From Clostridia bacterium (GTDB taxonomy: Bacteria; Bacillota; Clostridia; Christensenellales; CAG-138): a stretch of DNA of 64,000 nt. Of this stretch, positions 62,280 through 64,000 are shown piece by piece. The notes below the pieces were generated by a model, which saw nothing but the letters and a program-made list of their open reading frames with translations, was not told where the DNA came from and searched no databases. A program made the position numbers and the translations under genes. The first letter of the stretch is position 1; each line of letters begins with the position of its first letter. Location: positions 30,698 to 94,697 of the forward strand of contig JAUNBH010000001.1 of NCBI GenBank assembly GCA_030527165.1. The letters run 5' to 3'.

Positions 62280-62842
62280 TCGGGAGCTTGCGCCCTTTCC
62301 CGCAGTTTGGCCTCTATGTGGCCTGCGAGTATGCCGTCCGGATGGAACAGCACTGCTCGCCGCTCGCCGTCGCGCTCATATACGAGCAGATGCGCTGACT
62401 TTGCAAAGCCCTTGGTGCAGCGCATGGTGGGGAGCGCGCAGTATTCCGCCTTGCCTTCCGGCGGCGCGAGCGCGACCATTTCGTCCAGCGCGATGCGGAG
62501 TTTTTCCTTGCCCTTGTCTGCGACGCCGCGCTTGACTATAAATGTGCCGTACGGCTCGTCGTATACCACGTCCACCATCTCGCCGAAGCGCTCGTCGTAT
62601 ATTTGGCCGCCGTCTTGGTGGTAGAACATGTAGCGATACCTGTCCAGCCGATATAGGTATACCAGACCCGCCGCGATAATGACTACTGCGATGAGCGCCA
62701 CGCGCGCCCACACATCGCCTATGGCGTTTGACAGCGCCGACACGAGCTGTCCTGCGAACATTATGAGTATCAGCAGGCCTATCACGAGTATTATGTCGAC
62801 AATGGAGGAATTGCGCTTCTCGCCTTGATCGTGTTCGTACAT
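62276..62842 (-). CDS. Membrane protein of unknown function (2 TM helices plus a soluble C-terminal domain)
   Basis: I prefer the ATG at 62842 (GGTGAGG RBS 6 nt upstream) over 62872. The stop overlaps the decarboxylase start by 4 nt, which suggests translational coupling. Confidence 0.65.
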   Translation of the reverse strand: MYEHDQGEKRNSSIVDIILVIGLLILIMFAGQLVSALSNAIGDVWARVALIAVVIIAAGLVYLYRLDRYRYMFYHQDGGQIYDERFGEMVDVVYDEPYGTFIVKRGVADKGKEKLRIALDEMVALAPPEGKAEYCALPTMRCTKGFAKSAHLLVYERDGERRAVLFHPDGILAGHIEAKLRERAQAPE

Positions 62843-62987
62843 ATATAACCTCACCGTGCGAATATAGCTCATAATAGCATTATTCGCTCATATATGTCAA
62901 TGAACGCGCCCGTGCTCATGCGAGGCGGCGATTATGCGCCGGGGTGCGGGGGAATAATCCCTGCAAAGGACATAAGGGGGAGGCAAC

Positions 62988-64000
62988 ATGGAGCTTAGTC
63001 TATTTGACAGGCTGTCGCGGATGATAGTGATAGACCTTGGCACGGTAAACACGCTCATGGCGGATGCCGGCAGGGGTATACTTCTGCGCGAGCCGAGCGT
63101 AGCGGTCGTGGATGCGGATACGAGGCGCGTGGTGGCGTTGGGCAGCGAGGAGGTAAAGCGCAAGTCGCAGCTTCAGGGCGGCGTGAGGACGCTGTACCCC
63201 ATGCGGGACGGGGTGGTGACGGATATTGAGCTCGCATCGCAACTCATAGCGGGCTTCATCAGACGGGCGTTGGGCAAGGCGCCGAGGCTGTTTGGCGTAA
63301 ACGCCGTGATATGCGTTCCCGGCTGTGCGACAGCGGTCGAGCGGCAGGCCATTGAGGAAGCGGCGTACCGCGCGGGGATAAAGAAGACGTTTGTAATGAG
63401 CGAGCCCGTGGCGGCGGCGCTTGGCGCGGGATTGCCCGTGTACAGGGAGGACGGCTGCATGGTGGCAGACATAGGCGGCGGAACTACGGATGTGGCGGTC
63501 ATGAGCAAAAACGGCGTCGAGAGCGTAAAGTCGAGCAAGCGCGGTTCCGTCCACATGAATGAGGCGATAGTGCGGCTCGTATGGGCGCGCTACGGCATCG
63601 ACATAGGCGATGAAGCGGCGGAGGAGTTGAAGCGCGAGATAGGGCTGAAGCCGGGCAGAGACACTGTGCGCGTAAGCGGTCGCAGGCTCGATACGGGGCT
63701 TCCGGACGTCATACTGGTGGAACCCGCGTGCATTGCCGAGGCGCTGCGCGCCGAGGCGGACAAGGTGGTAGGCTTGATATCGGAAGCGCTGCTCGATGCG
63801 CCCGCAGGACTTGCGGCGCATGTGATGGAGCGCGGAATAGTACTGACTGGCGGTGGCGCGCTGCTCAAGGGAATAGACGAGCACATAGCGCGGGAAACCG
63901 GCGTCCGCGTGAGAGTTGCGGAGGATTGCATGGATTGTGTAATGCTCGGCGCGCTGCACATGGCGCAGGAGCTGCTGTATGGCTCCGACATACGAGACGA
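62988..64000 (+). CDS. mreB: Rod shape-determining protein MreB/Mbl family (3' end truncated by the window edge)
   Basis: Absent from the supplied ORF track because no stop falls within the window. My own translation from the ATG at 62988 (GGGGGAGG RBS) is open to base 64000: MELSLFDRLSRMIVIDLGTVNTLMADAGRGILLREPSVAVVD...VMSEPVAAALGAGL...VADIGGGTTDVAV...VLTGGGALLKGIDE, matching the actin-fold phosphate-1, phosphate-2 and adenosine motifs of MreB. Confidence 0.9.
   Translation, partial: MELSLFDRLSRMIVIDLGTVNTLMADAGRGILLREPSVAVVDADTRRVVALGSEEVKRKSQLQGGVRTLYPMRDGVVTDIELASQLIAGFIRRALGKAPRLFGVNAVICVPGCATAVERQAIEEAAYRAGIKKTFVMSEPVAAALGAGLPVYREDGCMVADIGGGTTDVAVMSKNGVESVKSSKRGSVHMNEAIVRLVWARYGIDIGDEAAEELKREIGLKPGRDTVRVSGRRLDTGLPDVILVEPACIAEALRAEADKVVGLISEALLDAPAGLAAHVMERGIVLTGGGALLKGIDEHIARETGVRVRVAEDCMDCVMLGALHMAQELLYGSDIRD

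Overview
This is a chromosomal segment of about 60% GC that looks like Firmicutes/Clostridia. It appears to come from a spore-former, since it carries two alpha/beta-type SASP genes, spoIIP and ricT/yaaT. I call about 56 protein-coding genes and found no tRNA, rRNA, CRISPR array, transposase or integrase.

Most of the window is conserved housekeeping:
- ftsH, rarA, tldD-pmbA, carD and a PIN/TRAM gene
- rpoB-rpoC and rpsL-rpsG-fusA
- hpf, pth-mfd, rqcP and an ispD/ispF fusion
- asp23, a DAK2 gene and recG
- an Orn/Lys/Arg-type decarboxylase, darA, holB and ricT
- mreB, which runs off the 3' edge and is absent from the ORF track

The accessory, metabolic centre is 33.4-45.3 kb. It holds a lysine-fermentation operon, kal-kce-kdd-kamA-kamD-kamE-bcd-etfB-etfA. 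A sequence I read as a lysine (L-box) riboswitch precedes it. The expression platform of that riboswitch is wired for lysine-dependent anti-termination, i.e. an ON switch. Immediately upstream sits a translationally coupled pair of uncharacterised ATPases, one a deviant P-loop protein and the other a MutS-domain-V protein with no mismatch-binding or Smr domain. I propose this pair as a candidate maintenance or reactivation module for the B12/PLP-dependent 5,6-aminomutase. That proposal is inference only.

Other items worth a second look:
- a tandem 134-bp structured repeat with a G-quadruplex-type tract in a convergent intergenic region
- a Cys-rich membrane protein wedged between rpoC and rpsL
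- a low-GC islet with an orphan ORF where tuf normally follows fusA
- an EF-G paralog with altered GTPase motifs

All function calls rest on my reading of motifs in the translated ORFs. No database search was run.
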